Translations under genes and position numbers: made by a program | The notes under the pieces: generated by a model | What the model was told of the DNA's origin: nothing | The model's input: the letters and a program-made list of their open reading frames with translations, nothing else | Databases searched by the model: none | Shown here: in pieces, positions 11,289-24,440 of the stretch | How the letters are laid out: each line of letters opens with the position of its first letter | Position numbering within the stretch: the first letter of the stretch is position 1 | NCBI GenBank assembly: GCA_002269645.1 | Contig: NIVC01003584.1 | Coordinates: forward strand, 1-64,000 | DNA from: Macrostomum lignano | Lineage: Eukaryota | DNA: 64,000 nt | Reading direction: 5' to 3'

Positions 11289-11666
11289 TCTCAGAAGGCA
11301 GCCGCTTGCCTATCGGTAAACAGAGCTGTCAGCGCGGCGTGAGCCGGATTGAAATCCATCAGCTCCATGCATTAACTCGCTCTTGCCCTTAGCCAGAATC
11401 AGTGAGCTTGGAGACCGTTGAGAGTTTCGATTTGCTTTCTGTCGTTGTCGCATCGAGACTGCGGCAGCTGAGCACAGCTGCATGAGCACCCATAGATATC
11501 TGTTTTCAGCTGCACAGGTGGCAACGAAGCCATTAGCCTACCGTGTGTCTGCGTCAATAAATGAATTTGAGTTTTAACCCACAGCCCTCCGTGACTAAAA
11601 AGATGAGAAGCAAATGTCGGCCGTACTGAATAAGACAGACTGAAGCCACCTCTTTAGGCCCATTAG

Positions 11667-11935
<269 letters not shown>

Positions 11936-12306
11936 GTCGGAAAGTCATGAAAAGAATTTTGCCCCAGGCCTGGAGCCCCTCAAAGCCAGTGAGTCCCAAG
12001 GCACGCGCAGCGGGACTCAACTGTCTAATTATTGATGCTGGCAGGGAACTGAAGCCAGCACGGAAGCAGCAGTCAAGTGATAAACCTGTCTAACTGCTCT
12101 CTTTCCAACGAGGAACTACAGGTCTTGGAAAAAGGGAAAAACTTTGTACCGGCCCCATTGCTGATGGGATCCGACATCCTTCGTGACTCCATCACCACCT
12201 TCAAGCAGAGAATTGCTCTCAACTCTCTTCAACTCAAGTGAAGCGCTTCCGCAAGTGCGGCGTCTTCCAAACTTCCAGACTCATCCAAGCGTCTTCCGAA
12301 CTGCCC
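11936..12306 (+). mobile_element. Penelope-like retroelement fragment
   Basis: Frame at about 12083-12240 reads NLSNCSLSNEELQVLEKGKNFVPAP, matching the NLS...L...E..L.KG..F.P.P motif that precedes the RT in Penelope-like elements. Confidence 0.55.
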
Positions 12307-12734
12307 GTGTAGCTCAGCCGGAGCACCCGGTTTCGGTAGTCGCCTCCGCAGTTCTGGCCCGAGTTTCCACTGCAAGCGAGATTGCATTCCGAGTCAGAAG
12401 CAGCGCCCAGCGACCCGTAGGAGTTGCCGCAGAAGCACCAGTATATGGCCTGCAGAGCCGCGAACTGGAAGCCGCCCAGAGCGCAGACGCTGCTGCACAG
12501 CTCGTGAGTCATTATCGAGTAGCTGCCGACAAAAGCGCCACTGGCATCGTTTATCGGAGATACCTCGGAGCTTCCGATCCGTATGAGGCCAATGTGCTTC
12601 ATGTCATTGACGTCTCTCACGCCATTCGCGTCGTCAACGAAGCAGCCGAGGTCCGAGATCTGGAACTGGCGGCAGAGAGCGGCGCAGATCAGGCAGCTCA
12701 GGATCGGCATGCCGGTCCTGTACAGAGCCGGCAT
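12234..12734 (-). pseudogene. WSC paralog copy B lacking the intron and PAN exon; the ORF runs into Penelope-derived sequence
   Basis: WSC homology 12307-12707; ends SYT-GSSEDAW...RFT* instead of SYTNG/donor; 5' flank is a diverged version of the other copies. Confidence 0.75.
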
Positions 12735-13939
12735 GGTAGGCTGCATTTTCAGAGAAATTGGCGGAGTTCGGACTCAGAGTAGAGAGAGAGAGCGGATTCG
12801 CAGCGAGAGGCCTTATCACAGCTGTGTGAAGCGCATTATATTTGCTAACACAGAGACAATGGGCCTTCAATACAGAACCCGTGACGGGTTTGCACAGTTG
12901 CATGATTCCTGATTGGAATCCGTTGGCTGCCGCCATTGCGTCAAAGCCAACAGGCCCCCGTCTGTTTGTGTAAATGTAAATTACACATCACGCCGCAGAA
13001 GTGAAGAGCGGCTCACCGTCTTGACCACCTGGAGGACGCGGCATTCACTTGCACGAAGTGCAAATAATTTAAATCTGCCAATAATAAGTTATTAATGTCT
13101 AATTCATTGCACGGCCGTCCCCAGACAGGGAGCAAGGAAATACAAGCCAGTTACTCTAAGGCAGACTTCACTTCGCAACTTAAGAAATCCTTCTCTACTC
13201 GGAAAGTTGTACAATTGTCCTCTTTAGAACAAGTCATAAATTGAAACTTCTCGACTATTCTAAATGCAATTAATTGTAAATTCACTCCACATTCCCGAAA
13301 AGCGGGCTTGTCTTTGCCATCTATTTTAAATTGCTGCTAAACCTGCTGATCGAACATGCCGGCTTAAAATGCCCCTTAGCAGTAGAATTAAGGGCTCCTC
13401 ACTGGGTGAAACTACGAGCAGTGTCTGCAATGCTTGACTTCATGCTGTTGGCCAGAAATCCATAATAAATGATCTGAAAAATGCTGCAGCAGCTGTTACA
13501 GCTTTGAGTAGTGCCCACTAAAATCGCAGATTTTTTATTCCTGGATGCCGTTGCGCAGCTTGGATATTTCTCTGCAGGCAGAACTAACTATTGATTGTTT
13601 AGATATTTTGTTTTGGTGAAAACACGCTGCTTTAACGGTTGGAATTTAAACCCACAGAATTTGGACCCTGTATCTCTTTTGCTTCTTTGATTTAAAATCT
13701 AACAACATTTTTTTAAATAGCTAGTGCAACAGAAGTTAGGAAAAACCAAACAAGGTCTACCATTTCGATTCCGTCGGTTTATTTCAGCAGGATTCTACTG
13801 TCTCTTTTTCTCTCCATCTGTCCTCTCCACCCTATTGCCCACAGTCCCTTCTATCTCAAAGCTGACTCAAAGCTTTAACCCAGGGGCTGGCAAACTTTTT
13901 TCCTCAAGGGCCAGATGAAAAATCCAGCGCAAGCTCATG

Positions 13940-14215
13940 AAACATGAGAGACAGAGAGAGATGAGATAAGAAAGAAGACAAGAGGAGAAAAGAGGGAAGA
14001 GACGAGAGAAGGGAGAGAGGGAGGAGAGGAGAGAAGGAAGAGAAAAAGGAAGTAGGTAGAGAGGATAGAGGGTAGAGAGGAGAGGCTAGAGAAGAGAGAG
14101 GGTAGAGAGAAGAGAGGGTAGAGAGAAGAGAGGGTAGAGAAGAGAGGGTAGAGAGGAGAGGCTAGAGAGGAGAGGCTAGAGAGGATAGAGGGTATAGAGG
14201 AGGGTAGAGAGGACA
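13940..14215. repeat. GA-rich low-complexity repeat (AGAGGGTAGAGA-like)
   Basis: Direct reading. Confidence 0.9.
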
Positions 14216-15532
14216 GAGGAACTTCACATTGCCGAGCACGCTCTTCCATAAGGTTCGGCGTAGTGAAAGGGGCTGCTAAAATGGTTTTTTGGCAATGTGA
14301 AGTTTCGGCCTAGTGAAAGAGAGTGCTTTTCAGCAAAGTGAAATTTTTGCCTAATGAAAGCGCCCCGTGAATTTGTTGCGGTTGTAAACTTTTATTGAGT
14401 TTGTAATTTTTGTACGTTTGTAACTCGCGCTAAAAATATCAACTCTTTCATTTCAGACGACACACAAATCTCGAAGTATAGATAGTTACAAGCAGATACA
14501 GTTGTTCATTGTAGTAAATGAACAGGACAAGTATGCAAAACAGATTAAGCGTTGTTGTTGAAAGGCTAAACTTTGTAATTAAAACGTAAAAAAATATAGT
14601 TACTGTAACATTCACATGGGTATTAACGGCTTAATAAGCCTTAAAAGAGTTAGTAACCAGTTAATGAAACAGCGCTTGCAAAGCTTGCAGGAGTAGAATT
14701 AGTTTAGTGATTGCTGATTATTTATCGATTATGTTAAAATATCAACTCTCAGTGTCAGAAAACAATAGGAGGAAGTCAGCAAATGACTAAAAGCTTTCAT
14801 TGCAATGAACTGAGGAATTATATTGATACAAAAGGTACTTCAAATAATAAGTTCGCAATTCTGTCTTGACTAAATAAATTTCACCAGTACGAACCACTAA
14901 ATTAAATTGAATTAAAAAGTGCATTGAAAGGTGAGTACTCGTAAGTTTCGGGCTTCAAAAAAGAAATGTAAAATCCTGTGTCCTTTGCAAAAAACTGAAA
15001 GTGTGCAGAATTCGGCGGCCAGCCGCTTGTATCCGAGTAGCAGGACAGTTGAGTCTTCAAAAGATTACAAAGCTTCTGTTTGAGAGGGAACCAAAGGCAA
15101 TAAATAACTATAACACGCCAATCAATTTCTCTGGTTTTGAATCCTGACAAAAATATCCGATTGCACGTAAAACTACTCTGTTCTAATCAACAATTAACAG
15201 AACAAAAGCAGAAATCGAATGCCTAACACACAGAAGTGCATTCGCAAAGATTATAAAGGAAAGTACATTAAAACATTTTGGTAAAAGTAAAAAAGGTTTA
15301 GCATTTTCGGATGAGAAGCAAAAATAGGTTCGCGTTCAATTTCGGCCAGTTGATTTCAGACGCAGACGTCTACAGTTGTTAGTACTTTGAGTACTTTTGA
15401 GTACTTTAAAGTCTTTAAGTAGGCTTAGGTATGCTTGCTAGTTGACACTGTTTGTTTTGATTTGCCTCTAAATTTCGGTTCTTACAGCTCGTCCGCTCTG
15501 CTCAGCTGCACCAGCGCCTGCTTCATTCGCAC

Positions 15533-16358
15533 TCAGCCACGGACGAAGAAGTCGCCGCTGCTTTCGCTGCTGAAGGCGGCCGGGACCGCAGCATACTCCA
15601 GCAGGTGGCACAGGCGCTGCTGCTGGCTGAAGATCACCGCCTGGCAACCGGAACTTTTACTGGAGCACAGAGACACGCACTGGATCCGACTCGGAGCGCT
15701 CACAGTCGTAAAGTTCGGCGCATCAGGGATGTTGAGTTCGACGAAATTCCGGTTGCCGCGAACAAAGAAGTCATTACCTTCGATTTGCAATGAAATAATT
15801 TGAAGTTGAGTTGAGTTGAGCCACTGAAAGGCATCTGATTGTCTGCTTAAAAGTTTGTTTGTCTGTCGCCAAAATCCAATGCAGCAACATACGAAGAACA
15901 AAAATTAAACAAGTGGCCACCAGCAGCAGCAACTCACCTTTGGTGTAGCTCAGCCGGAGCACCCGGTTTCGCCACATACCTCCGCAGTTCTGGCCCCAGT
16001 TTCCACTGCAGGTATCGCTGCACTCCCAGTAAGGAGCAGCGCCCTGCGACCCGTAGGAGTTGCCGCAGTGGCACCAGTATGCGGCCTGCAGAGCCGCGAA
16101 CTGGAAGCCGCCCAGAGCGCAGGCGCTGCTGCACACCTCGCGAGTCATCTGACCGCAGTTGATAGAATCGTATATCTGAGATACCTCGGAGCTGCCGATC
16201 CGTGTGAGGCCAATGTTCTTCATGCCACCGACGTCTCTCACGCCATTCGTGCCGTCAACGAAGCAGCCGAGGTCCGAGATCTGGAACTCCCGGCAGAGAG
16301 CGGCGCAGATCAGGCAGCTCAGGATCGGAGCAGCGCAGAGGATCCGGCAGAGAGGCAT
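15533..16358 (-). CDS. Secreted WSC-PAN protein, copy C (exons 16358-15938, 15777-15533)
   Basis: Same structure as copy A; 160-bp intron; in-frame join. Confidence 0.85.
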
Positions 16359-16450
16359 GGCCAGGCTGGGTTTGTCAGTTTGGCATTAAGCAGAAGATTG
16401 CCGAATCTCTGTGCGAGAGAGAGGCTAAATAACAGCAGCCTTATTGATGC

Positions 16451-16464
16451 GTTGCCATGGAGAC
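16451..16464 (-). promoter_or_regulatory. X-box-like motif upstream of copy C
   Basis: GTTGCCATGGAGAC on the plus strand. Confidence 0.5.
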
Positions 16465-18423
16465 TCTCAGCAGGCAGCGGCTTGCATATCGGTAAACAGA
16501 GCTCTGTCGGATGATGCATGAGTCGGATTGAAATCCATCAGCTCCATACATTAACTCTGTGATTATTCAGAATCAGTGAGCTGTGAGATCATTCGGAGCC
16601 TCAAATTGCTTTGTCACTGCAACATCAAGCTTGCAGCAGCTGCTCACAGATGCATGAGCTTTAGTCGAGATCTATTATCGGTTGCGCAGGTGTTGTCGAA
16701 GCCACAAGACCCACCGTCAGTTTGCATCAATAAATGAATTTAATTCTACTGCAGCGCTCAGTTCGTGAGTCAGAGATGATAGAGCAGAGTGGCGATACAT
16801 GAATAGGACAGACTGAAGCTCTCTGAAGATTTTAAAATTTTTCGGAAGAAATAAATGAGAAAATTTTTTTTTATCAGCTAAAAAGCTTGGGACTCAGTTA
16901 GTCAAATGTAAGCAGCATTCGCCCGCTGCGCAATGGTGTTGCTTAACGGAATGTAGAACAAAGCAATTTTTTTTTAATGAAACGTCCCGAAGAGTCAGGT
17001 GCATGCAACACTGGGAGTCGAGGGATGCCCAGTTGCACGAAGGAAACACAGGCCTTACTGATCAATTTTGTTCAATAAAATATTCCAAACCCTGCTGTGC
17101 CGCATCAAAAGGCCCAGAGGCATCAAATACGCTTGTTACCGCCTGAGCGGAGAGCGGAGCCCGAGAGTGATCCTGGCGGCTCATCAGGCTGATGACAATT
17201 CTTCTCCAGCGTGTGTAACATGACTTGAAGTTTTCTGTGATTTTTTAACCGAAATAAATTGAGGACTTTTTACAGGGCTTCCAGCTCTGCATCTTCCGGA
17301 CCGAGTTTTGCTGCCCACCAGCAGAGCAGAGCAGGAGCTGCTGCAGCCATCGGGCGTGTCAGGCTCTCACACCACGAGCCCTGCTTCCATTCCGTGCGCG
17401 GTCACATAAAGTAGGGGCTCCTGCAAGAAAAGCTCACTGACAGTTGTCGTGCGATCCACAGCCATGAAGGCCAAAGGAAGGAAAGGAAATGAAGGAAAAG
17501 CACTGAGGTAGAGGTATTTAAGATTTTTCAAGTCGCTGTAAGAAAAGCAACTAAAAGAATGGTGCAAAAATTCAAGAGATTTAAGAAATCGCAAGTTTTA
17601 ATTGTCGAAAACATTATTTTGGTGGTGCATAGACTTGAGCCGCAATGGTCTTGGTGCTGCTGTTATGGGATAGCGGGGGCAACATAACATGCTGTGCTAG
17701 TGTTGCAGAGAATTTAATTTTTCAAATTTAAGGACAGACAGTTCCTCTGGAGGCAATCCCGATTGTTGGCAATGGTGTCATTCCACCATGCACTGTCAGT
17801 TGCGCTCTCTGCAAACTTGTCTTTGCTACGATACTACGATACTAGTCACCCTTACGCCATTGGCGTCCAACGACGCAACTCGCCCAATTGTTGTCGTGCG
17901 ATTCGCCGAGTGTACAAGCCTGACGATCAGAAAGTCAGGGCCGCAGTACATCCTGTGTGTGCTTGCGTACAGTATTGGTGTGACCAAGGAGTCCGCGAAA
18001 TGGGCAGGATTGACTCAAGAGAGCCTGAGGCATCAATCCAAGTCAACTGCTGGCAAACTGATTAAAACGAATCAAATGCATTCACAAGTTTTCATCATTC
18101 ATTGACTAAAGAGCTACAAAATTCACATATTGATATTCGCCTGCACCAGCTGATAGGCATTGTGTATAATTTATTGTGCATAATTTAAGCTGACTGGATG
18201 CTCAGGCTTAAGTGGAAGAATGCAGGACATCGATTTGTAAACAGCGTGTAGAATAAGAGATTATTAAGCGAAATTAAATCAGCAATTCAGAATTCACTGC
18301 GCTATGGTAAATATGGATGATTGGAATTGCACATTAGAGCTCGAACACTGCGATTCATAAGGCAATCAATGGTGACAGACAACAGGCACTCGCTTGTCTT
18401 TGCAAAGCTGGCTGTGTTTCTGT

Positions 18424-19170
18424 TTGTGTCTGCCTGTCCCAGGGTCTGTCTGTCCCAGTGTTTGCCTGTCCCAGTGTTTGCCTGTCCCAGTGTCTGCCTG
18501 TCCCAGTGTCTGCCTGTCCCAGTGTCTGTCTGTCCCAGTGTCTGTCTGTCCCAGTGTCTGTCTGTCCCAGTGTCTGTCTGTCCCAGTGTCTGTCTGTCCC
18601 AGTGTTTGCCTGTCCCAGTGTCTGCCTGTCCCAGTGTTTGCCTGTCCCAGTGTCTGCCTGTCCCAGTGTTTGCCTGTCCCAGTGTCTGCCTGTCCCAGTG
18701 TCCTCTTGTCTTCAGTTTCTGCCTGTCCCAGTGTCTGTCTCAGTGTCCTCCTGTCCCAGTGTCTGTCTGTCCCAGTGTCTGTCTCAGTGTCCTCCTGTCC
18801 CAGTGTCTGCCTGTCCCAGTGTCTGTCTCAGTGTCCTCCTGTCCCAGTGTCTGTCTGTCCCAGTGTCTTCTTGTCTCAGTGTCTGCCTGTCCCAGTGCCT
18901 GTCCCAGTGCCTGTCCCAGTGCCTGTTCCAGTGCCTGTCCCAGTGCCTGTCCCAGTGCCTGTCCCAGTGCCTGTCCCAGTGCCTGTCCTAGTGCCTGTCC
19001 CAGTGCCTGTCCCAGTGCCTGTCCCAGTGCCTGTCCCAGTGTCTTCTTGTCTCAGTGTCTGCCTGTCTCAGTGTCCTCCTGTCCCAGTGTCTGCCTGTCT
19101 CAGTGTCTTCCGGTCCCAGTGTCTGCCTGTCCCAGTGTCTGCCTGTCTGTCTTTCGGTCTGTCAGTCAGT
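18424..19170. repeat. CCCAGTG(TCTG)CCTGT 12/16-bp minisatellite
   Basis: Direct reading; paralog at 41630-42740. Confidence 0.95.
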
Positions 19171-19716
19171 GAGGCGATTCATCCATATCTTATGTTTTTA
19201 CTCTTAAAATCTCTTCTCGTCTCAATGAAGATAAAGGTTAGGAGATGTAAATCAGGTGAAAAATTAAGGTCATATAACCATTCGAAATCAGCAATAAGAA
19301 TCACACACCATAAAAAGTGATTAGAAAATTTCAGCAGAAAATGGCTGAACCTAAGAATCAAGCAGAATTCCGCATACCAGTTGGCCTGAAGATTCGCATT
19401 TATCATGCCAGTGAATCGTGATGAACTGCATGCAATTCTACGAGTATTAGTACTCATAGAGCTAGCATAAACGCGATGATACCTGCAGTGATTTGCCTAA
19501 TTCAGCTAAATATTGCAGTTGTCAGAAAGTTTCTGTTTCAATCATCTCGTTCGTCACTTCTGCTCGTCCCCCAGCCACCGCCTGAAGGCAGCCACCTGCT
19601 GGCGAACGGACTCCAGGGCGGTGCCGCCGAAGGCGCCGTACTGCTCAACGCTTGTCTCAAAGTCCCACAGCTGGGTGACTTCTTCGCCGAATGTGTCGCT
19701 GCGGGACGATTGGGGA

Positions 19717-19797
19717 CAGTCAGTCAGTCAGTCAGTCAGTCAGTCAGTCAGTCAGTCAGTCAGTCAGTCAGTCAGTCAGTCAGTCAGTCAGTCAGTC
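19717..19797. repeat. (TCAG)n tract left of the BEL element
   Basis: Direct reading. Confidence 0.97.
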
Positions 19798-20085
19798 TGT
19801 TTGGGAGGTAGATTAGTAGCATTGATTTTCTTTCCAATTCCACTGCGTGTTTTAATGTACGTACGTGTTTATTATTCAATTTTCTATGTACGCTGATTTA
19901 GCCCAGGCCCATCTCACCCACCCCCCTCCACGCTGGCTGATTCTGACTGACTGCAATATATATATCATCGAGAGGGCTTATTAGCCCTGTGTACGGTTTA
20001 CGCTTTTCGTTTTGTTAGCGTCTCGCTTGAGCCTCAGCTCCAAAATAGTTTGGCGGACCATCGGTCTTTTCATTTCTACAGTACA
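19798..20085 (+). repeat. 5' LTR of the BEL element (TGT...ACA)
   Basis: Begins TGT right after (TCAG)n and ends GTACA, 3 nt before the PBS. Confidence 0.75.
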
Positions 20086-20088
20086 TTT

Positions 20089-20106
20089 TGGTAGCAGAGC
20101 GTGGTT
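20089..20106 (+). promoter_or_regulatory. Primer-binding site complementary to an initiator tRNA-Met-like 3' end
   Basis: TGGTAGCAGAGCGTGGTT, the complement of ...AACCACGCUCUGCUACCA. Confidence 0.75.
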
Positions 20107-20171
20107 GGACAAGCCTAACTTACCACTGACGTGGCAAGCAATAGAATCCTACTGTGAAACGAAGGACCAAG

Positions 20172-23105
20172 ATGGACAGTGACGACGCCAATGAACAACA
20201 ACAGGAAGCCCAAGACGATGCCGGCGCGCTGCGTTTAGAGAAGCTGCGCTTCGAGAAATCCCGAAAAAAAGCAGCGTTCACTCGTTGCAAAAACAAACTG
20301 TCTTGGCTGCTAAAGACGGGCGCCTCTGATGAGGAAGTGCAAGCTACCTGCGATGCTCTATCCGACCTGCAGGACCTGGTCAGCGCCATCCAGGAAGAAC
20401 TGCATCAAGGCTACGCCGACGCCAAGGACAACGAGAGGCGACAACGCCTACTAGAAGAGATGGAGGAGACTGAGCGCGACTACCAAGCTGCCATTCAGCG
20501 CGTCGAAAGTTCCAGAAACCGGGGATTGCAGCGCGCCCAAGAAGCCCCTCCTGCCGCGAGTTCAAGCGGTGAGAACGCTGCGGGTGACCAAGAAGAAGCA
20601 GCTGGTGAGTTAGACAAACTTTCTGGCAGTGCTGCGTCCAGCAAAGGATCCAACCCGAAGGAGCTTTCAAAGGATTTGTGGAAGATGCTGAAGCGTGTTG
20701 AAATCCCAACGTTTAGTGGAGAAAAGCAGAAGTATGAAAACTGGAAGGCAGCCTTTGTTGCGTGCATCGACAGCCCCTGCAACACCAGAATTCAAGTTGC
20801 TGCAGCTTAGGCAGTACCTCAGCGGTGAAGCTTTGAAGGTTATAGAACATCTAGGACACTCCGCTGCTGCATATGAAGCTGCAAAAGAGAGATTAGAGAG
20901 AGAATTTGGTGGACAGCGTAGGCAACTTGCTCTGCACTTGGAAGAGCTGGACAGCTTTCCGATCGTGCGAAATGGAAACGCCAAGGATCTGAAAAGCTTT
21001 GCTAATCTACTGGATGTGGCTGTCGTTAACCTTGAGGATGCGGGTAAAGAGGCAGAGCTTCAAGATGGGATGTTGTATGTGAGGCTGCAGAAAAAGTTGC
21101 CTGAGCAGATGGTTGCCAGCTACCGGAGGTGGATCTTTGAGCAGCGGAAGCCGGAGACTGTTAGAAATCTGAGAATTTGGGTGCTGCAAGAAGCAGAGTT
21201 TCAGACTGAAGCGTCAGAGATTGTGCAGGGCGTTGCCACCATGCAGCAGGAGCGTCAAAAGCGAGAGCAGCGACCAAAGACTTTCGTTACTACGGACAGT
21301 GACAAGAAGGTACAGCGAAAGATTTGCATTGTTTGTCAAGGTGATCACGAGCTGTGGTCCTGCAGTGAGTTCAAGGAGCTTCCGGTGGAAAAACGCTGGG
21401 ACGCGGCGCAGAGCTCGAAGTGTTGTTTCCGGTGCTTGGGCCAAGGACATCTTGGCAGCCAATGTCGGCGCGGTCGTCGGTGCGGCATCAACAGCTGCAC
21501 AAAGTTCCATCATCGCCTGCTTCATGCAGAAAAAGTGTTGGCCAAGTCTGGTGAAGCGAAGCAGACTGCATCCAAGGACGCTAAATCCGCTTCCAGTTCA
21601 GGAAAGACTGGACCGGTGACGCTTCTGTCGGCTGGTGAAACGGCAATCTCGCTACGAACGGTACCTGTAGTCCTACGGAACGGGTCCCGGAAGCTGAAGG
21701 TGAATGCCTTGCTCGACGATGCCAGTACCAGGAGCTACATCAACATCGGGATAGCAGAAGCGCTTGGAGCGCATGGAGTGCTCGAAAAGGTGAAAGTCGG
21801 AGTCATCAATGGCCAAACAGAGACCTTCATGACAGCCCCAGTCTGCTTTAGCTTGGAAAGTCTGGATGGTCAGACCAGCTCAATGATCGTCGCCTTCACC
21901 GCTGATCACGTGACCGGGTCCCTCAAAGGCGTCGACTGGCACGAAGAAGCGCAGCAGTGGCCTCATCTGAGAAATGTGCCGTTTCCGAAGCTGTGTGAGC
22001 CTGCAGTAGTGGACTTGCTGATTGGTGCTGATCACCCGGATCTTCACGTGTCCCTCAAGGAAATCGCCGGACAGCCGCTGGAGCCAAAGGCGCGCCTGAC
22101 TCCCCTGGGTTGGACGTGCATCGGTCGCACAGAGCAGGACAATTCTGAGATGCAGAACGCCCATTTTGCTGCCACTTTCTTCAGCTGCGATTCCGAATCT
22201 GGTCAGGTGGCTAAGATCCTGCGGCAGTTTTGGGAGATCGAGAACGTCTCAGAAGGTGCCAATCGAAGTCCGCTGAAGGCCGATGAGGAGAGAGCCGTCC
22301 AGCAAGCCAAGTCGTCGCTAAAGTACACGAAGGGCCGTTACCAGATCGGGATTCCATGGAAAAAGGATCGGCTGGCTCCAGCAGGCACTTTCTCAATGGC
22401 CTTGAAGCGACTAAAGAACACCGAACAGCGGCTGATTAAGGAAATGAACGTCTGCAAGCAGTATCAGGAGATCCTTGAAAAGTATGAACAGCAAGGTTAT
22501 ATCCGAAAAGTGTCGCAAGCTGAGACTGAAGGCCGCTGTTTCCTGCCGCACTTCCCAGTGCTGCGGCCAGACAAGACTACAACAAAAGTGCGGATAGTCT
22601 TTGATGCATCGGCTGCCAGATTGAACGACCAGATCCTCCAGGGCCCCAAACTGCAGAGGGATTTGGTTGACGTGCTGCTTCGGTTCCGCCGACACCCGAT
22701 TGCGATCGCATGCGACGTAGCGGAAATGTATCTCCAGATCGAAATGGACCCGAAGGACAGGCCGCTGCACAGTTTCCTTTGGCGGGACGCCGATCCTTCA
22801 AAGCAACCGGATGTCTACGAGTTCAACAGAGTGGTGTTCGGCGTCACCAGCTCTCCTTTCTTGGCACAGTTCGTTACCCGCTGCCATGCTGAAAAGTTAA
22901 AAGGTGAGCTTCCAGAGGCGGCCGAGACAGTACTCCACTCTACCTATATGGATGACAGCCTGGACTCTGCGCCCACCGAGGCAGCCGCCTGCAGGCTGTA
23001 CGATCAACTCAGTGAGCTCTGGAGGCGCGCCGGCATGCACGCGCGCAAGTGGGTCTCGAACTCGAGAGCTGTGCTCGATAGAATCCCACCTGAAGACCGT
23101 GCAGC
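20172..23105 (+). pseudogene. BEL gag-pol, 1-nt deletion near 20774 and truncation at 23105
   Basis: AFVACIDS / APATPEFKLLQLRQYLSGEA joins across the two ORFs. Confidence 0.88.
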
Positions 23106-23175
23106 AGTCAGTCAGTCAGTCAGTCAGTCAGTCAGTCAGTCAGTCAGTCAGTCAGTCAGTCAGTCAGTCAGTCAG
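23105..23175. repeat. (TCAG)n tract right of the BEL element
   Basis: Direct reading. Confidence 0.97.
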
Positions 23176-23547
23176 CTGCTCACCTGACAGTCCGGAAGTC
23201 CTCAAAGGTCAGCTGGTGCAGCTGACACGCCTTGGCTTCGGCCAGCGCCACGCAACGCCCGGAGGCGGCGTGGGCCTCCCTGAACGGCACCCCGCGGCGC
23301 ACCAAATAGTAGGCCAGGTCGGTGGCCAGCATGTCGCAGCTGAGGGCGCCGGCGCAGGCCTCCGGGTGCACCGTCGGCGATTCGAACCACGGCTGACACG
23401 GTGTCAGCTGAGTCGAACAAGCCCTCCTTGTCCTCCTGCAGGTCCTTGTTGAAGGCGCTGGGCAGGGACTTCTGCACCATGAGCAGGGACACCAGGTGGC
23501 CGCACAGCCGTCCGGTTTTGCCGCGGATGAGCTCCAGACTGTCCGCG

Positions 23548-23579
<32 letters not shown>

Positions 23580-23789
23580 GCTGTACGCGTCCGACAGCGT
23601 GACGAAGCCGAACTCCTTGCTGCAGAAGAGGATCAGGTCCTCGGCGAGGCGGCTCAGGTGGTTGCCAATCATGGCGGCCGCGAACTGGAACTCCGAGGCG
23701 AAGTCGCGGTCCGCCACGGCGTCCAGACTGTTCCAGGTGACCCCAGAGGTGAAGCCGAGGGCGTCTGGGATTTTTGATGGGGCTGGTTA

Positions 23790-24440
23790 ATACCTGTTAA
23801 GGATTCTAAGAATACCTGTTGACGATTCTGAGAATACCTGCTCACGATTCTAAGAATACCTGCTCACGATTCTAAGAATACCTGTTGACGATTCTAAGAA
23901 TACCTGTAGACCATTCTGAGAATACCTGTTAACGATTCTAAGAATACCTGTAGACCATTCTAAGAATACCTGTTGACGATTCTGAGAATACCTGTTCACG
24001 ATTCTAAGAATACCTGTTCACGATTCTAAGAATAACTGTTCACGATTCTAAGAATACCTGTTGACGATTTTGAGAATACCTGTTGACGATTCTGAGAATA
24101 CCTGCTCACGATTCTAAGAATAACTGTTCTCGATTCTTAGAATACCTGTTCACGATTCTGAGAATACCTGTTCTCGATTCTTTGAATACCTGTTCACGAT
24201 TCTGAGAATACCTGTTAACGATGCTGAGAATACCTGTTGACGATTCTGAGAACACCTGTTCTCGATTCTTAGAATACCGGTTCACGATTTCAGGAATATC
24301 TGCTCACGATTCCAGGAATGCCTGTTCACGATTCTAAGAATACCTGTTCACGATTTTACGAATACCCGCTCACGATTGCTTGAATATCTGTTTACGATTT
24401 AAGAATGCCTGGTAACGATTTTAAAAAATACCTGTTCGCG
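23790..24440. repeat. 22-bp minisatellite (GAATACCTGTTCACGATTCTAA) in intron 2 of ASL copy 2
   Basis: Direct reading; reverse-complement array at 38070-38640. Confidence 0.95.

Larger units (their letters stand above)
19798..23105 (+). mobile_element. BEL/Pao LTR retrotransposon, 3'-truncated inside RT (no RNase H, integrase or 3' LTR)
   Basis: LTR, PBS, gag (EIPTFSGEKQKYENWKAAF; CIVC..H...C and CFRC..H...C knuckles), protease (ALLDDASTRSY) and RT (FLPHFPV..KVRIVFDASA; TYMDDSL). Confidence 0.93.

Noticed and set aside
13881-13920. hAT-like TIR start CAGGGGCTGGCAAAC
   Set aside because: No matching inverted end or 8-bp TSD found in the window.
17184-17198. CTGATGA hammerhead core (also near 40800)
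   Set aside because: No flanking helices or properly placed GAAA; it is just a short palindrome.
18321-19320. Long Cys/Pro/Ser-rich ORFs (also 41537-42892, 43079-43913, 44556-45431 tail, 49725-50613, 56230-57092, 59044-59635)
   Set aside because: They are stop-free translations of mini- and microsatellites, open in several frames at once.
20760-20810. Programmed gag-pol frameshift in the BEL element
   Set aside because: No slippery heptamer; BEL elements normally have one ORF; a 1-nt deletion in mid-gag restores the consensus.
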